A stretch of 64,000 nucleotides of DNA from Alphaproteobacteria bacterium (GCA_017937705.1 JAGBDC010000023.1:2944-66943); one strand, 5' to 3'; numbered from the stretch's first letter, positions 28,974 to 39,134 are shown. The notes: generated by a model from the sequence alone, not told the origin. Numbers and translations are program-made.

Positions 28974-29489
28974 TTATCTAAACAAATTAGCGATATCTAT
29001 TTCAATTCGTTCCAAAGCGATGAGAAGTGCTGTTTCTCGTTGGTAATTGAGCCAATTTACATCACAGCCTTTGTCAATTAACATCTGAATTACATCTAGT
29101 TTTTGTTCATCAGTCATATTTTCGTTCAAAATCACTGACATTATTGCATTATAGCCAAATATATCGGTTCGGTTGATTTCACTTCCTTGTTCAAGCAGAT
29201 ACTTAATTGGCTCTATGGTAGAGCAAAAGTAGCAAGCAACCAAGAAAAGTGTAGCTCTTCGGCGGTTTATTGGTGTGTTAATTTGGAAGTTTTCTGTCTC
29301 AATCATCTTTTGTATCTCATCAACGCAATCAATGCAAAGCTCCGCTTCGCTTTCATAATTAGCTACCGGAAACACCGGTGCGTTCTTCACTCGCTCGGCA
29401 ATCTGTTCCATTTTCTTTTGCATTTCAGGGAATTCATCAATATGAATTAGTTTTGAATAGGTCTGGTTTTCGGGATTGAAAGTTAACAT
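28974..29489 (-). CDS. Ankyrin repeat protein, probably C-terminally truncated
   Basis: LLEQGSEIN, LIDKGCDVN; ends mid-repeat. Confidence 0.7.
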   Translation of the reverse strand: MLTFNPENQTYSKLIHIDEFPEMQKKMEQIAERVKNAPVFPVANYESEAELCIDCVDEIQKMIETENFQINTPINRRRATLFLVACYFCSTIEPIKYLLEQGSEINRTDIFGYNAIMSVILNENMTDEQKLDVIQMLIDKGCDVNWLNYQRETALLIALERIEIDIANLFR

Positions 29490-29827
29490 ATTTGCTCCTT
29501 TTTCTTCATTACAAATGTATTTATCATTACAACTTGTAATTTTTTATTTTAACAAATTCGCTAAATTAACTGATAAATACATGTGAAGTTAGATAATTGC
29601 CTTTTACTTCATTAATATGTTTTTTAACAAATAAGTGCGATGGGAATTCCTATTGCACTTTTTTTATTTTAAGTGAGTTAAATCCCTTTGATTTCCTTAT
29701 GCTTGCTATTTTAATCAAAACAAATTTTGCTATTATAATAGCTATTTTATTTCTATTATAATTATATTATAGGAGCAAAAAACAGCTCTCAATCCCTTGT
29801 GTATCAACAGTTTTAGCAAAGTGCGGC

Positions 29828-29971
29828 GGAAATATCTGTTTCCGCAAGTGGAAATATCCGTTTCCGCATAAGGAAATAACCGTTTCCGATATCGGAAATA
29901 TTCATTTCCATTTGGCATTTTAGTGGAAATATTCATTTCCGCTGAGGTTTTAGGTGGAAATATTCATTTCC
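29828..29971. repeat. Iteron-like array, six copies of GGAAATAnnnnTTTCC
   Basis: Starts at 29828, 29850, 29872, 29894, 29925, 29956. Confidence 0.8.
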
Positions 29972-30052
29972 GGCAGCATTTTTTGTTAAAATTACAAAGC
30001 GTAAAATTTGCCTATAAATACTCATGTTAAAACACATATTAAAGGAATTAAA

Positions 30053-30538
30053 ATGAGTGAAAGACAAAGAAAGCTCACTATTACAGAGCGTTTAATTTTA
30101 ACATATATCGGCTATAAAACCAATCGCAACTTCAAATTTTTTATGACAAACGAGACGCTGGCAAAGGCGATTTGCTGTAAAACTTCATCAACCAAAGTTA
30201 TGGTCAATAAACTCATCAGAGAGGGGTATTTGATAAAATCTTGTGATGATAAGGGCAGAAGACAATTATCGCTCTCCGGATGCTAATTTACGCCCTTAGA
30301 CGGTGTTAATATGGGTAACATTAAAAAGAATATGCTAAAACACGATGCCCAAGACCAAGAGCAATGGGCAAACTACTATAAAAATGAGCTAAATGAGGCT
30401 CAAATCCGTATCAAATCCCTAGAAAATGAGCGAGATAACTACAAAAACGCACTAGAAACTTTGATGTCCGTTTTGTCATCAAAAGGTATCGATTTGGAGG
30501 ATGTGGAGAGGATGTTAAAAAACTATACTAAAGTATAG
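30053..30538 (+). pseudogene. Winged-HTH + coiled-coil gene interrupted by an in-frame TAA
   Basis: ORFs 30053-30286 and 30311-30538 share one frame, separated by a single stop at 30284-30286. Confidence 0.65.
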
Positions 30539-30559
30539 TAAATGTTTGATTTAGTTAAA

Positions 30560-30588
30560 TTGACAATCGAAATTTTTTTCAATATAAT
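30560..30588 (+). promoter_or_regulatory. Consensus sigma70 promoter
   Basis: TTGACA-17bp-TATAAT exact. Confidence 0.8.
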
Positions 30589-30663
30589 GTATTACGAATC
30601 CGATAAAGCACAATATATTGTTGTGTTATATCAAATCTAGGTTCTGATTGGAGGTTGAGAAAT

Positions 30664-30837
30664 GTGTTAGAATTGTTAACTGTACTATCTTGGGTATCAA
30701 GAGCTAAAACTTGCTATGATATCACTCAAGCTAGAACACCTGCAGATGTATGCTATATTGCAGCGAACTGCGTTTTAACAGAAATTTTGCTATATCAAGC
30801 AAAACAAAACATTCGCAATCAATACTATTTAAGGTAA
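30664..30837 (+). CDS. Small hypothetical protein (57 aa)
   Basis: GGAGGT RBS, GTG start, between promoter and terminator (~30881-30912). Confidence 0.5.
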   Translation: MLELLTVLSWVSRAKTCYDITQARTPADVCYIAANCVLTEILLYQAKQNIRNQYYLR

Positions 30838-30915
30838 AGATTGCTTGAAAGGACTAAGAGTTATGAAAAAGCATAACTAGAAAGAGCGACATTTAGATAT
30901 GCCGCTCTTTTTGTT

Positions 30916-31560
30916 TTATCCTATTAGAGCTAAAAGAATATTATAACAATATTTAACAACTTCGTGATTTTCATCATCTTCCGGATTCATTGTTCCATGT
31001 ACCAAGCAACATCTTGTTTTATATAAAATTTCAATAATTGCAGCAAAAAAGTCTTCATCAGAAACCGTAATTTCTCTTTCAGCAATAGTTATTTTTTGAT
31101 CAAATTCTGCATATTCTGAATCTTCTTCATTATCCAAAGTGATCTCAAATAAATTTATTGCTTTTTTATTGCTCGGAATCTTCACATATTCAAAGGTAAT
31201 ATTGACTTTAACTTGTTCTTCTCTTCTTGTTTCTTCATAAAATAGCGATGTACAGCTATTTAATGCAAAATATAAGCCTGTTAAATCGGTACGAAATGCA
31301 TCTGCTTGTTTAGAAGAGGTATAAAGAAGATTTTCAAATTTATCATATAATTCATTTGTCGGATTGGAGAATACTGTCTGAATGATCTCAATATAATGAC
31401 AATCTTTTTTATTTTTGACAGTCTTTCCTTTTGATGATTTGTATTCGTATTCTGTATACATTTCTTTGTACCAGGAATTAAACCCAACCCACAGTGCTAA
31501 AAAATGAGAATAATAGTCAATGGTTGCTTTTTTACGCCATTCTTCTTTATAGTGTGGCAT
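30916..31560 (-). CDS. Putative HEPN-domain protein
   Basis: FLALWVGFNSWY and YKTRCCLVHG (R-x4-H); TAATG-coupled to the S subunit gene. Confidence 0.6.
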   Translation of the reverse strand: MPHYKEEWRKKATIDYYSHFLALWVGFNSWYKEMYTEYEYKSSKGKTVKNKKDCHYIEIIQTVFSNPTNELYDKFENLLYTSSKQADAFRTDLTGLYFALNSCTSLFYEETRREEQVKVNITFEYVKIPSNKKAINLFEITLDNEEDSEYAEFDQKITIAEREITVSDEDFFAAIIEILYKTRCCLVHGTMNPEDDENHEVVKYCYNILLALIG

Positions 31561-32951
31561 TATAAAGTCACTCCGATTAATTTTAATTGTTCATCTATCC
31601 ATTGCATAGCAATATCTTCGTTTTCTTCAATAGCTTTTTCTACGCCGTGCTTTGCAATTTCAAGAAGTTGTTTAGATTTCTGCATACTCTCGTACATTTC
31701 TGATATTTTTTCTTTTATTTTATTTTGCGTTTCGTTATCTATCCTAGGAAGAATTATTTTAGATAGCTCATCATTGTTAATTGCTGTTAATATCGTGCCT
31801 GAACATCCTTTTTTTAATTGCATCTGACCTACAACAGATTTCATTAAACAGAATAAAGTCTCAGGATTAAATTCATCTGAATGCATTACATAGAAACCAG
31901 TTGAACATAACGCATTATCGTATTGAGGAGTTATCAGAGCAATACTATTCAAAGAACCTTCAATTGAAGAAACAATAACATCTCCAGTTTTAACTATTCT
32001 TCTTGCACGAGTTGGAAGATTTTTGCCTATTTCTAGAGCTGTATCGCTGATGCTACCATTATTATTAATATTTGCTAATTCAATATAAGTATATTTTGTT
32101 TCATCTTTTGGTGAGAAATTCTTATCCCTTAATTTAATTAAATTTTCCAATGTATCCCAACCATGCGGATAAGACTTAATTTTATCAATCAATTCATCAT
32201 ATTTAGGTTGAAAATACTCAGCATCTAAACGATTTGCTGATTGTACATCAGAAAAGTTTTTGATAAATGAAGATTTGCGTTGATGTAGCCAGTTTAGTAA
32301 ATTTAATTTTTTTAATATAAGCTTCTCCGAAAATTGATATGAATTTTCAAAACATTCCTTTAGTTGTGCTGACTTATAAACTATTTTTTCAACATTTTTT
32401 TGTAATCTTAAATTAAATTTAGGTATGAATATTTCTCTAAATTTTGCAGGACTAAAATTACACTGATTACTAACCATAGAATATTTATTAATTTCATTTC
32501 TTCCATATTTTGAATTGAGATATATGGTTAATGTAGAGGAGTTTATCATTTTAACTTTGGGTCTTATTTTAAACAAATATGAAGCGTATGCATAATCCGT
32601 ATTATTAGTGACAATTGCTGCTTTTCCAACATAATTAGGGTTTCCATTTGTCCTACAAATCAATACATCGTCTTTTTTTAGCTTTAACAAGTCATATGTT
32701 TCATTATCTATATAATCACAATATTTTTGTGGTTGCCCGATAAAATAACCATCAAATTCATTCAAGCGTAATATAGGAAAACCTTTTTTCTCATCATTTA
32801 ATTCTTTTGAAGTTCCATATTGCGAGAACTCTATTATATCATTACCAATATATCCTATTTGCCTACTGGGCATTGCAACCCAAAATTCAGCTTCTAACCT
32901 TAAAACAGAATCACCTAAAATTTTATCAAATGAAACCACTCTATTCTTCAT
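31560..32951 (-). CDS. Restriction-modification specificity (S) subunit
   Basis: Two TRD-like halves (DVLICRTNG...VGKAAIV; GDVIVS...CSTGF), RLDAEYFQP linker. Confidence 0.85.
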   Translation of the reverse strand: MKNRVVSFDKILGDSVLRLEAEFWVAMPSRQIGYIGNDIIEFSQYGTSKELNDEKKGFPILRLNEFDGYFIGQPQKYCDYIDNETYDLLKLKKDDVLICRTNGNPNYVGKAAIVTNNTDYAYASYLFKIRPKVKMINSSTLTIYLNSKYGRNEINKYSMVSNQCNFSPAKFREIFIPKFNLRLQKNVEKIVYKSAQLKECFENSYQFSEKLILKKLNLLNWLHQRKSSFIKNFSDVQSANRLDAEYFQPKYDELIDKIKSYPHGWDTLENLIKLRDKNFSPKDETKYTYIELANINNNGSISDTALEIGKNLPTRARRIVKTGDVIVSSIEGSLNSIALITPQYDNALCSTGFYVMHSDEFNPETLFCLMKSVVGQMQLKKGCSGTILTAINNDELSKIILPRIDNETQNKIKEKISEMYESMQKSKQLLEIAKHGVEKAIEENEDIAMQWIDEQLKLIGVTL

Positions 32952-35023
32952 TAATCTTCGCTCCAAAAGCTTAAATTTTCAGATTTTGCAAATTCGATAA
33001 ATGCTTCGGCAATTCCGTCCGATAGCTCACCATTTTGGTTGTGTAAATCATGCTCTACTATGAAGTGCCCGTGTTTATCTGTCCTCTTTCTTCCTGTTTC
33101 ATCTTTAATATAAACATACTCACCAGAATTATCTTTGCCACTTTTTTCTGAAACAGCAAAAAATATCGGATAATCATCTTTATGTGGGCAATAATATTTT
33201 GGATCGGAATTATCATCATTCCATTTTTGCAAGAAAATCACACTTGTTTTTGTTCCTGTGTGTGGCTTGAAAGTATTTACATCTAAACCAATAACAGCCA
33301 AAATTCTTGCTTTGTCTGCAATATATTCTCTGACATCTTTATCTGAAGTATTATTATATCTACCTTGTGGTAAAACAATAGCTAGCCGACCACCTGGACG
33401 AACAAAATCAAGATTACGTTCTATAAATAAAATGTCTCTACCAACTTTATTTTTTTGTTTCTTTGTTCCTTTTTTATCTTCAGAAAAAGCCAAATCATAC
33501 TTTGTTAAAATACGAGTTTCTTTAATATCTCCAGCAAATGGAGGGTTTGCCATTAATAATTCAAATTTGAATTCTTTGTTATTTCCCCTTGTAACTCCTA
33601 ATTCCTTTAAGCGTTCAAATCCTTCTCCATAAACTCTATTCCATTCAATTGATTTTGTATTTTCAACCCATCTGTCATAATCTAATGTATTCAGATGCAA
33701 AACATTAGTATTACCATCACCTGCAATTAAATTTAAGGTTCTTGATACACGAACAACTTTTTCATCAAAATCAATTCCAAATATTTTTAGTATATTTTCT
33801 TTTTGTTCTGCTGGTATATCTGTGTTAGAAAATAGTTTACCTGTAATTTTGAATATTGTATGTACAGGGAAACCGCATGAGCCCGAAGCTGTGTCAATCA
33901 TATGTTCTCCAGCTTTAGGATTAAGCATCTTAACACACATGTCAATTACATGGCGAGGAGTGAAATATTGACCTTTTTCTCCTTTAGCTGATTTGCTTAC
34001 CAAATATTCAAAGGCTTCATCTATTACCTGTAAATTGGAATTAAATAACTTAATGTCTTGAATACTGGACACACAAACAGACAAGTGTGAAGGTGCTAAA
34101 TTTATTTTTGCATCATCTGAGAAAACACCTTTCCATTGTCTTTTAGCTTTATCAAATAAATCTTGTATACGTTTTTTTAATTCTAAATCTGTTTCACCTT
34201 TATTTCTAAACTCTAAGCAACGAAACCTGCAATCATCTACTTGTTTTACAAGTTCTAGATATTTGCTATATTCAAGATCATTTAATTCATCACCTGCTAG
34301 TTCTTCTATTTTCCAATTAATCTTTAATTTGTCATCATTACTAAGCTTTTCATCATAAAGCTTTGTAAAGATTAATTTAAAACATTCTTCAAAAACATCT
34401 ACACCGGCATTGGCGAGGACTTCATCTTCCATATCTAAAATAATTTGCTTTAATGTTTTTCCCTCTTTTAATATTTTATCTTTAATAATTAAATCTTTAA
34501 GAGTAAATTTTTCATCCAATATATCTTTTAGTGTTTGTGAAGAAGTAGGTATTTCTGTTATTTCTTCAAAATAATTTGGATCTTTTCGATTATAATAAGA
34601 TATTTGAGAACCATTAGTCCAAATAGCAATAGATGCACCAGTAGCATTGCAATAGCTTTTTAGCTGTTCTTTACCTTCTTTTTCTTTGTCTTTCTTTAAT
34701 TCTACCACAATATATTCTGTCGTTGGGCGTTCTTTTTCAAAAATGACAATATCCGCACGTTTAACCTCACGCCCAAAATGGATAGCATGCTCAAGTTTAA
34801 TACGAGAAATTTCATAGCCATAATCATTTATGAGTCTTGCCAAGTATAGCTGACGAACAGTTTCTTCCGGAGTTAAAACAATCTCCTTTTTCCGCACAAG
34901 GCATTCAATATAATTTTGTTCTTTACCTTTTATTTCTTTTGTTTTAATTCGAGAAATTAAATTGTTTTTTTCTTCTTGTGAAAAAAGGGAAAGGTTATTT
35001 ATTTCGTTAAATATATTAGTCAT
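32951..35023 (-). CDS. N6-adenine methyltransferase with N-terminal HsdR_N-like nuclease domain
   Basis: PEETVRQ...RADIVIF...VELKK; GQYFTPR; DTASGSCGF; MANPPF. Confidence 0.88.
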   Translation of the reverse strand: MTNIFNEINNLSLFSQEEKNNLISRIKTKEIKGKEQNYIECLVRKKEIVLTPEETVRQLYLARLINDYGYEISRIKLEHAIHFGREVKRADIVIFEKERPTTEYIVVELKKDKEKEGKEQLKSYCNATGASIAIWTNGSQISYYNRKDPNYFEEITEIPTSSQTLKDILDEKFTLKDLIIKDKILKEGKTLKQIILDMEDEVLANAGVDVFEECFKLIFTKLYDEKLSNDDKLKINWKIEELAGDELNDLEYSKYLELVKQVDDCRFRCLEFRNKGETDLELKKRIQDLFDKAKRQWKGVFSDDAKINLAPSHLSVCVSSIQDIKLFNSNLQVIDEAFEYLVSKSAKGEKGQYFTPRHVIDMCVKMLNPKAGEHMIDTASGSCGFPVHTIFKITGKLFSNTDIPAEQKENILKIFGIDFDEKVVRVSRTLNLIAGDGNTNVLHLNTLDYDRWVENTKSIEWNRVYGEGFERLKELGVTRGNNKEFKFELLMANPPFAGDIKETRILTKYDLAFSEDKKGTKKQKNKVGRDILFIERNLDFVRPGGRLAIVLPQGRYNNTSDKDVREYIADKARILAVIGLDVNTFKPHTGTKTSVIFLQKWNDDNSDPKYYCPHKDDYPIFFAVSEKSGKDNSGEYVYIKDETGRKRTDKHGHFIVEHDLHNQNGELSDGIAEAFIEFAKSENLSFWSED

Positions 35024-35264
35024 AATAAAATCCATATTGTGGTTAAGAGCTGTGTAATTTACCATATTGTATACAATTGAATGTTTCTATTTTATTAAGA
35101 AATTAAAAAATATTGTTTTACAGGCAATTGGCTACAAATTGTAGTCAAACCGTTACAAATTGTAACGGTTTGAAATCACCCAATCTCTTTTGCTAGTTTG
35201 TTGACCAAATCCATGTCTTTGCTTTTGTAGGCTTCGAGGCGAGCAAGATAAACTGAAACAAAAA

Positions 35265-35765
35265 ATGGATAAATTATTTGATTTACGTTTAGACGGTGAA
35301 TTGGATAGAGAAACATTTGATGCCAAACGTAACGACATACAATTACAAATGAATCGTTTAAAAAACAAGGTTTCAGCACATGAAAAAGCGGATAAAAGTT
35401 TTGATGAAACAATTTTGGAATTGTTAGATATAGCTACACAAATAGAGTATATTTTTGAGAAGTCGCAAAATATAGAGTTAAAAAGATTATTGCTTAAATT
35501 TGTTTTTGAAAAGCTTACTTTGAATGAAGGGAAGTTGAATTATAAACTAAAATTTCCGTTTAGTGAATTTGTGGATAATAACATTTTGTCGGAACAAGTT
35601 GCAAAATTACACGAACCGATGCAAAAGCAAGCAGAGCAAGGCTTACAAGCAAATAATAACGAATATCTCCAAATTGGGTGTTTGAAATCAATCGAACCGA
35701 CGCAAAGCCTTAAAAATCAAGGGTTAGCAAAAAATTTTGCCAACCCTCTCCAAATTGGTGCGCTA
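35265..35765 (+). pseudogene. C-terminal remnant of a large serine recombinase
   Basis: LFDLRLDGELDRETF...KRLLLKFVFEKLTL...YKLKFPF coiled-coil tail; no catalytic N-terminus; frame runs through att into antisense tRNA (stop 35939). Confidence 0.7.
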
Positions 35766-35842
35766 GGCCGGAATCGAACCGGCACGGGATTGCTCCCAAC
35801 AGATTTTAAGTCTGCAGCGTCTACCAGTTCCGCCACAAGCGC
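35756..35842 (-). tRNA. tRNA-Leu(TAA)
   Basis: GCGCTTGTGGCGGAACTGGTAGACGC, GCAGA-CT TAA AA-TCTGT, long variable arm, GGTTCGATTCC, CCA. Confidence 0.95.
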
Positions 35843-35987
35843 AAAATCTAGGATAGGTTATACATTATTTTTTTATAATTGCAAGACTAAACTTGAAAAA
35901 AATTTAAAAATATGTTTATATCCTGTTGTCCGCACATGACAGAAACAACGTTTCGGTGCTGCGTGACAAACAGAAAGGATAAAATTT

Positions 35988-36722
35988 ATGAAAAAATTTG
36001 ATTTAACTCATCTCAAAAACTTTTTACGCAACAGCATCATTCCTTATGCTTTCCCTCACATTAATAAAGAGGGCTGGAAGTTTGTTGCAGCTTTTGCTTT
36101 AATAACAGCGTTATTAGCATTGTTGTGGGAACCTTTAGGCGTAATCGGTATTGTTTTAACTGTTTGGTGCTATTTCTTTTTCCGTGATCCTGAACGTGTT
36201 ACTCCGCAAATTGACAATGTAGTTGTTTCTCCGGCAGACGGAAAAGTTCAAATGATTACCAAAATTAACGGCCCGAAAGAATTGGGCATGGAAAAAGAAG
36301 AATATACCCGTGTCAGTATCTTTATGAGCGTTTTTAATGTTCACGTAAACCGTGCTCCTGCCAACGGAACAATTACAAAAACATCATACATTAAAGGAAA
36401 ATTCTTTAATGCGACTCTGGATAAAGCAAGCAAAGACAATGAACGTCAACTTTTAGCAATGAAAACCGATTGCGGAAAAGATATTGCATTTGTTCAAATT
36501 GCCGGTCTTGTTGCTCGCCGTATTTTATGTTTTGCTAAAAAAGGAACTGTGTATAAAGCTGGAGAACGCTTCGGTTTAATCAGATTCGGTTCTCGTTTGG
36601 ATGTATATTTACCGGAAGGTGTTGAACCTCAAGTATGTTTGGGACAAACGATGATTGCCGGTGAAACAATTATTGCAAACTTAACATCTTCTGCTCCGCA
36701 AACTATGGGAGAAAGCAGATAA
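35988..36722 (+). CDS. psd: Phosphatidylserine decarboxylase proenzyme
   Basis: [32 protein letters not shown]. Confidence 0.93.
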   Translation: MKKFDLTHLKNFLRNSIIPYAFPHINKEGWKFVAAFALITALLALLWEPLGVIGIVLTVWCYFFFRDPERVTPQIDNVVVSPADGKVQMITKINGPKELGMEKEEYTRVSIFMSVFNVHVNRAPANGTITKTSYIKGKFFNATLDKASKDNERQLLAMKTDCGKDIAFVQIAGLVARRILCFAKKGTVYKAGERFGLIRFGSRLDVYLPEGVEPQVCLGQTMIAGETIIANLTSSAPQTMGESR

Positions 36723-37507
36723 TGGAAAATATCAATTCTAAATTGAAGCTTTCCAAACAAAAGCTTACATCTTTGCCTATTCGAAAAATTATTCCGAATA
36801 TGGTAACAACCTTAGCTGTTTGCGCAGGAATAACATCTATAAAATACGCTATTGCAGATTTATATACTCACGCAATAATTTGTATTTTTTTGGCAGCATT
36901 TTTTGATTTACTTGACGGACGTGTTGCTCGTATGCTCAAAGGCTCAACAAAATTCGGAGCAGAGTTAGATTCGTTATCCGATTTTGTAAGCTTTGGCGTC
37001 AGTCCCGCAATTTTAATGTATCGTTGGACCTTATACGATTTTCCAAAGTTCGGGTGGTTTTTCTGTTTATTGTTTGCTATTTGTATGGCAATGCGTTTGG
37101 CTCGTTTCAATACAATGCTTGAAGAAGAACCTCAACCAAGCTATTGGGATAATTTTTTCATTGGAGTTCCGGCTCCGGCTGCAGCTGCTTTGGGTATTTT
37201 GCCAATTATGATTAGCTTTGAATTTCCTGAAGTCGATTTTTTACGTAGCGATTGGTTTTGCAGTATGGTTATGTTCATTGTTGCAATGCTTATGATTAGT
37301 CGTATTCCGACAATATCTACTAAAAAACTGAAAGTTCCTACTTATATGGTAATTCCTCTAATCGTTATTTTGGTTTTTGGGGCAACTCTTGTGTTTAGCA
37401 TGCCTTGGTTAGTATTGAGTTCATTGTCATTGCTGTATGCCGTAACAATTCCTTTGGGTGTTATGGTATTTCTTAAAGCAAAAAAACAATACATAACCAG
37501 AATATAG
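36722..37507 (+). CDS. pssA: Phosphatidylserine synthase (CDP-alcohol phosphatidyltransferase)
   Basis: DLLDGRVAR...FGAELDSLSD motif; coupled to psd. Confidence 0.9.
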   Translation: MENINSKLKLSKQKLTSLPIRKIIPNMVTTLAVCAGITSIKYAIADLYTHAIICIFLAAFFDLLDGRVARMLKGSTKFGAELDSLSDFVSFGVSPAILMYRWTLYDFPKFGWFFCLLFAICMAMRLARFNTMLEEEPQPSYWDNFFIGVPAPAAAALGILPIMISFEFPEVDFLRSDWFCSMVMFIVAMLMISRIPTISTKKLKVPTYMVIPLIVILVFGATLVFSMPWLVLSSLSLLYAVTIPLGVMVFLKAKKQYITRI

Positions 37508-37589
37508 CTTATTGAATTAAAAAAATAGCGTAAAATGACATCGACAAGAATCGGTGTCATTTTTGTTTTATGTAAAATGATACTCAATA

Positions 37590-38291
37590 TTAAAATAAAC
37601 TGCTTTTTTTGGTAACTACGACTTTTTGATACATTTTACCAAAATATGTTGTTTTCCGCCACTCAAATTGCTGTCTGTCCGTAACATAATCTTTAATTTC
37701 GGTTTGCCACATTCTTTCGGCAAAAGGCTGATATAAACGATTATACATTTTAACAAACCATTTTAGAGGATGCCACCAAACCATATTATTATAATCTATA
37801 AATATAGCTTTTCCTCCTGGAGTAAGTCCGGATAAAGCCTGATTTATCAATCGACTTTTTGCTGGCAAGGGAAGTTCGTGCAACAACATATAACATATTA
37901 CTACATCATATTTTTCGGTAAATGGCTCTAGCGCATCTCGGTTAATAAAATTCATATATGGGTATATAAAACGATATTTATTACGAACATAGCGAAGTTG
38001 TGTCGTACTGACATCAACAACATCATATTTTCCATAAACACCTATTTTGTCGGCCAAATCATTCATTTGTTCACCAAAAGTTACCCCCATTTGCAATACT
38101 TTTGAATGAGATACAACTTCATCAAGCACTGATTTTGCCAATTTATGATTATAGCCGAAACTCAACAGATTTAGCAACCATTGTCTGTCAAACAACTTTG
38201 TAAGACGATTACTTTCATATAACCAACTGTAAAATTCTTTCTGATATGGCGGAATAGGCGCCGGATTTATTGCTATTTTTTTCTTTGTCAT
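37590..38291 (-). CDS. rquA: RquA-like SAM-dependent methyltransferase-fold protein
   Basis: LFDRQWLLN, DVVDV, LLHELP, PGGK.IFIDY, WHPL, QPFA pattern resembles rhodoquinone synthesis protein RquA. Confidence 0.65.
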   Translation of the reverse strand: MTKKKIAINPAPIPPYQKEFYSWLYESNRLTKLFDRQWLLNLLSFGYNHKLAKSVLDEVVSHSKVLQMGVTFGEQMNDLADKIGVYGKYDVVDVSTTQLRYVRNKYRFIYPYMNFINRDALEPFTEKYDVVICYMLLHELPLPAKSRLINQALSGLTPGGKAIFIDYNNMVWWHPLKWFVKMYNRLYQPFAERMWQTEIKDYVTDRQQFEWRKTTYFGKMYQKVVVTKKSSLF

Positions 38292-38292
38292 T

Positions 38293-39039
38293 TTATTGTT
38301 TCCAATCTCCGCTTAAAGCTTGCCAACAACTGATAGCAGATAAGGCTGCTGTTTCTGCTCGTAAAATACGTTCTCCCAATTTTACACCCTTTGTGTATTT
38401 TTTTGAACGTAAAATATTTAACTCTTGTTCACTAAAACCTCCCTCGGGTCCGATTAAAAAAGCAAGTGGAGCCGAAGTATTGCAAAAAGCTTCATAGACA
38501 GGCTGTCCGGCAAGAGTTTCGTCCATATAATAAAGTGTTCGTTTTTCGTCCCAAGTATTTAGCAATTTATCAAAATTTATTGCCTCATCAATTATTGGAA
38601 CATCTAAGCGGCGGCATTGTTCTGCCGCTTCGGTGGCTTGTGTTTGATAACGGGAGGTTTTGACCTTATCGGATATAGAATATTTGGTAATTACCGGAAC
38701 AATTTTTGCAATTCCGAGTTCAGTTGCTTTCTCTATTACAAAATCAGTACGATCTTTTTTCAATGGGGCAAATAACAACCATATATCGGGAACTGCTTCA
38801 AATTTTCTGGTTTGTTCGTTTATTTCAATAATTACCGTTTTTTTGCTTTCTACGAATAAAGTACAATCAAATTCCCCGTCTTTACCATTGAACACCAAAA
38901 TATTATCTCCGGATTGCAAACGCATAACCGAAACAAGATAGTGACTTTGTTCCGATTTGAGTTCTACTTTATTGCCTTTTACTAATTCAACATCGGCAAA
39001 AATTCTGATTTTTGATGTTTTCGGCAATCCCGTCTCCAT
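38293..39039 (-). CDS. rsmE: 16S rRNA m3U1498 methyltransferase
   Basis: EKATELG, EAAEQC, IGPEGGFS, LGERILRAETA. Confidence 0.93.
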   Translation of the reverse strand: METGLPKTSKIRIFADVELVKGNKVELKSEQSHYLVSVMRLQSGDNILVFNGKDGEFDCTLFVESKKTVIIEINEQTRKFEAVPDIWLLFAPLKKDRTDFVIEKATELGIAKIVPVITKYSISDKVKTSRYQTQATEAAEQCRRLDVPIIDEAINFDKLLNTWDEKRTLYYMDETLAGQPVYEAFCNTSAPLAFLIGPEGGFSEQELNILRSKKYTKGVKLGERILRAETAALSAISCWQALSGDWKQ

Positions 39040-39134
39040 AAATAAATTCTGTATAAATATATCAATAAACTTGTGTTTGATTTGATAAGTAATATAACTT
39101 GTGATAGTTAAGTTTTCGTTACGGGAAAATAAAT

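Larger units (their letters stand above)
21258..35763. mobile_element. Genomic island integrated at the 3' end of tRNA-Leu(TAA)
   Basis: tggtgcgc direct repeat at 21258-21265 and 35756-35763; left copy abuts a terminator (~21225-21255) oriented for the tRNA; recombinase remnant at right end; accessory cargo. Confidence 0.8.

Noticed and set aside
29828-29971. CRISPR array
   Set aside because: Repeats are 16 bp with 6-15 bp spacers and no cas genes; fits iterons
35766-35939. Tail of the 224-aa ORF as genuine recombinase sequence
   Set aside because: It is the antisense of tRNA-Leu and its promoter, a by-product of integration
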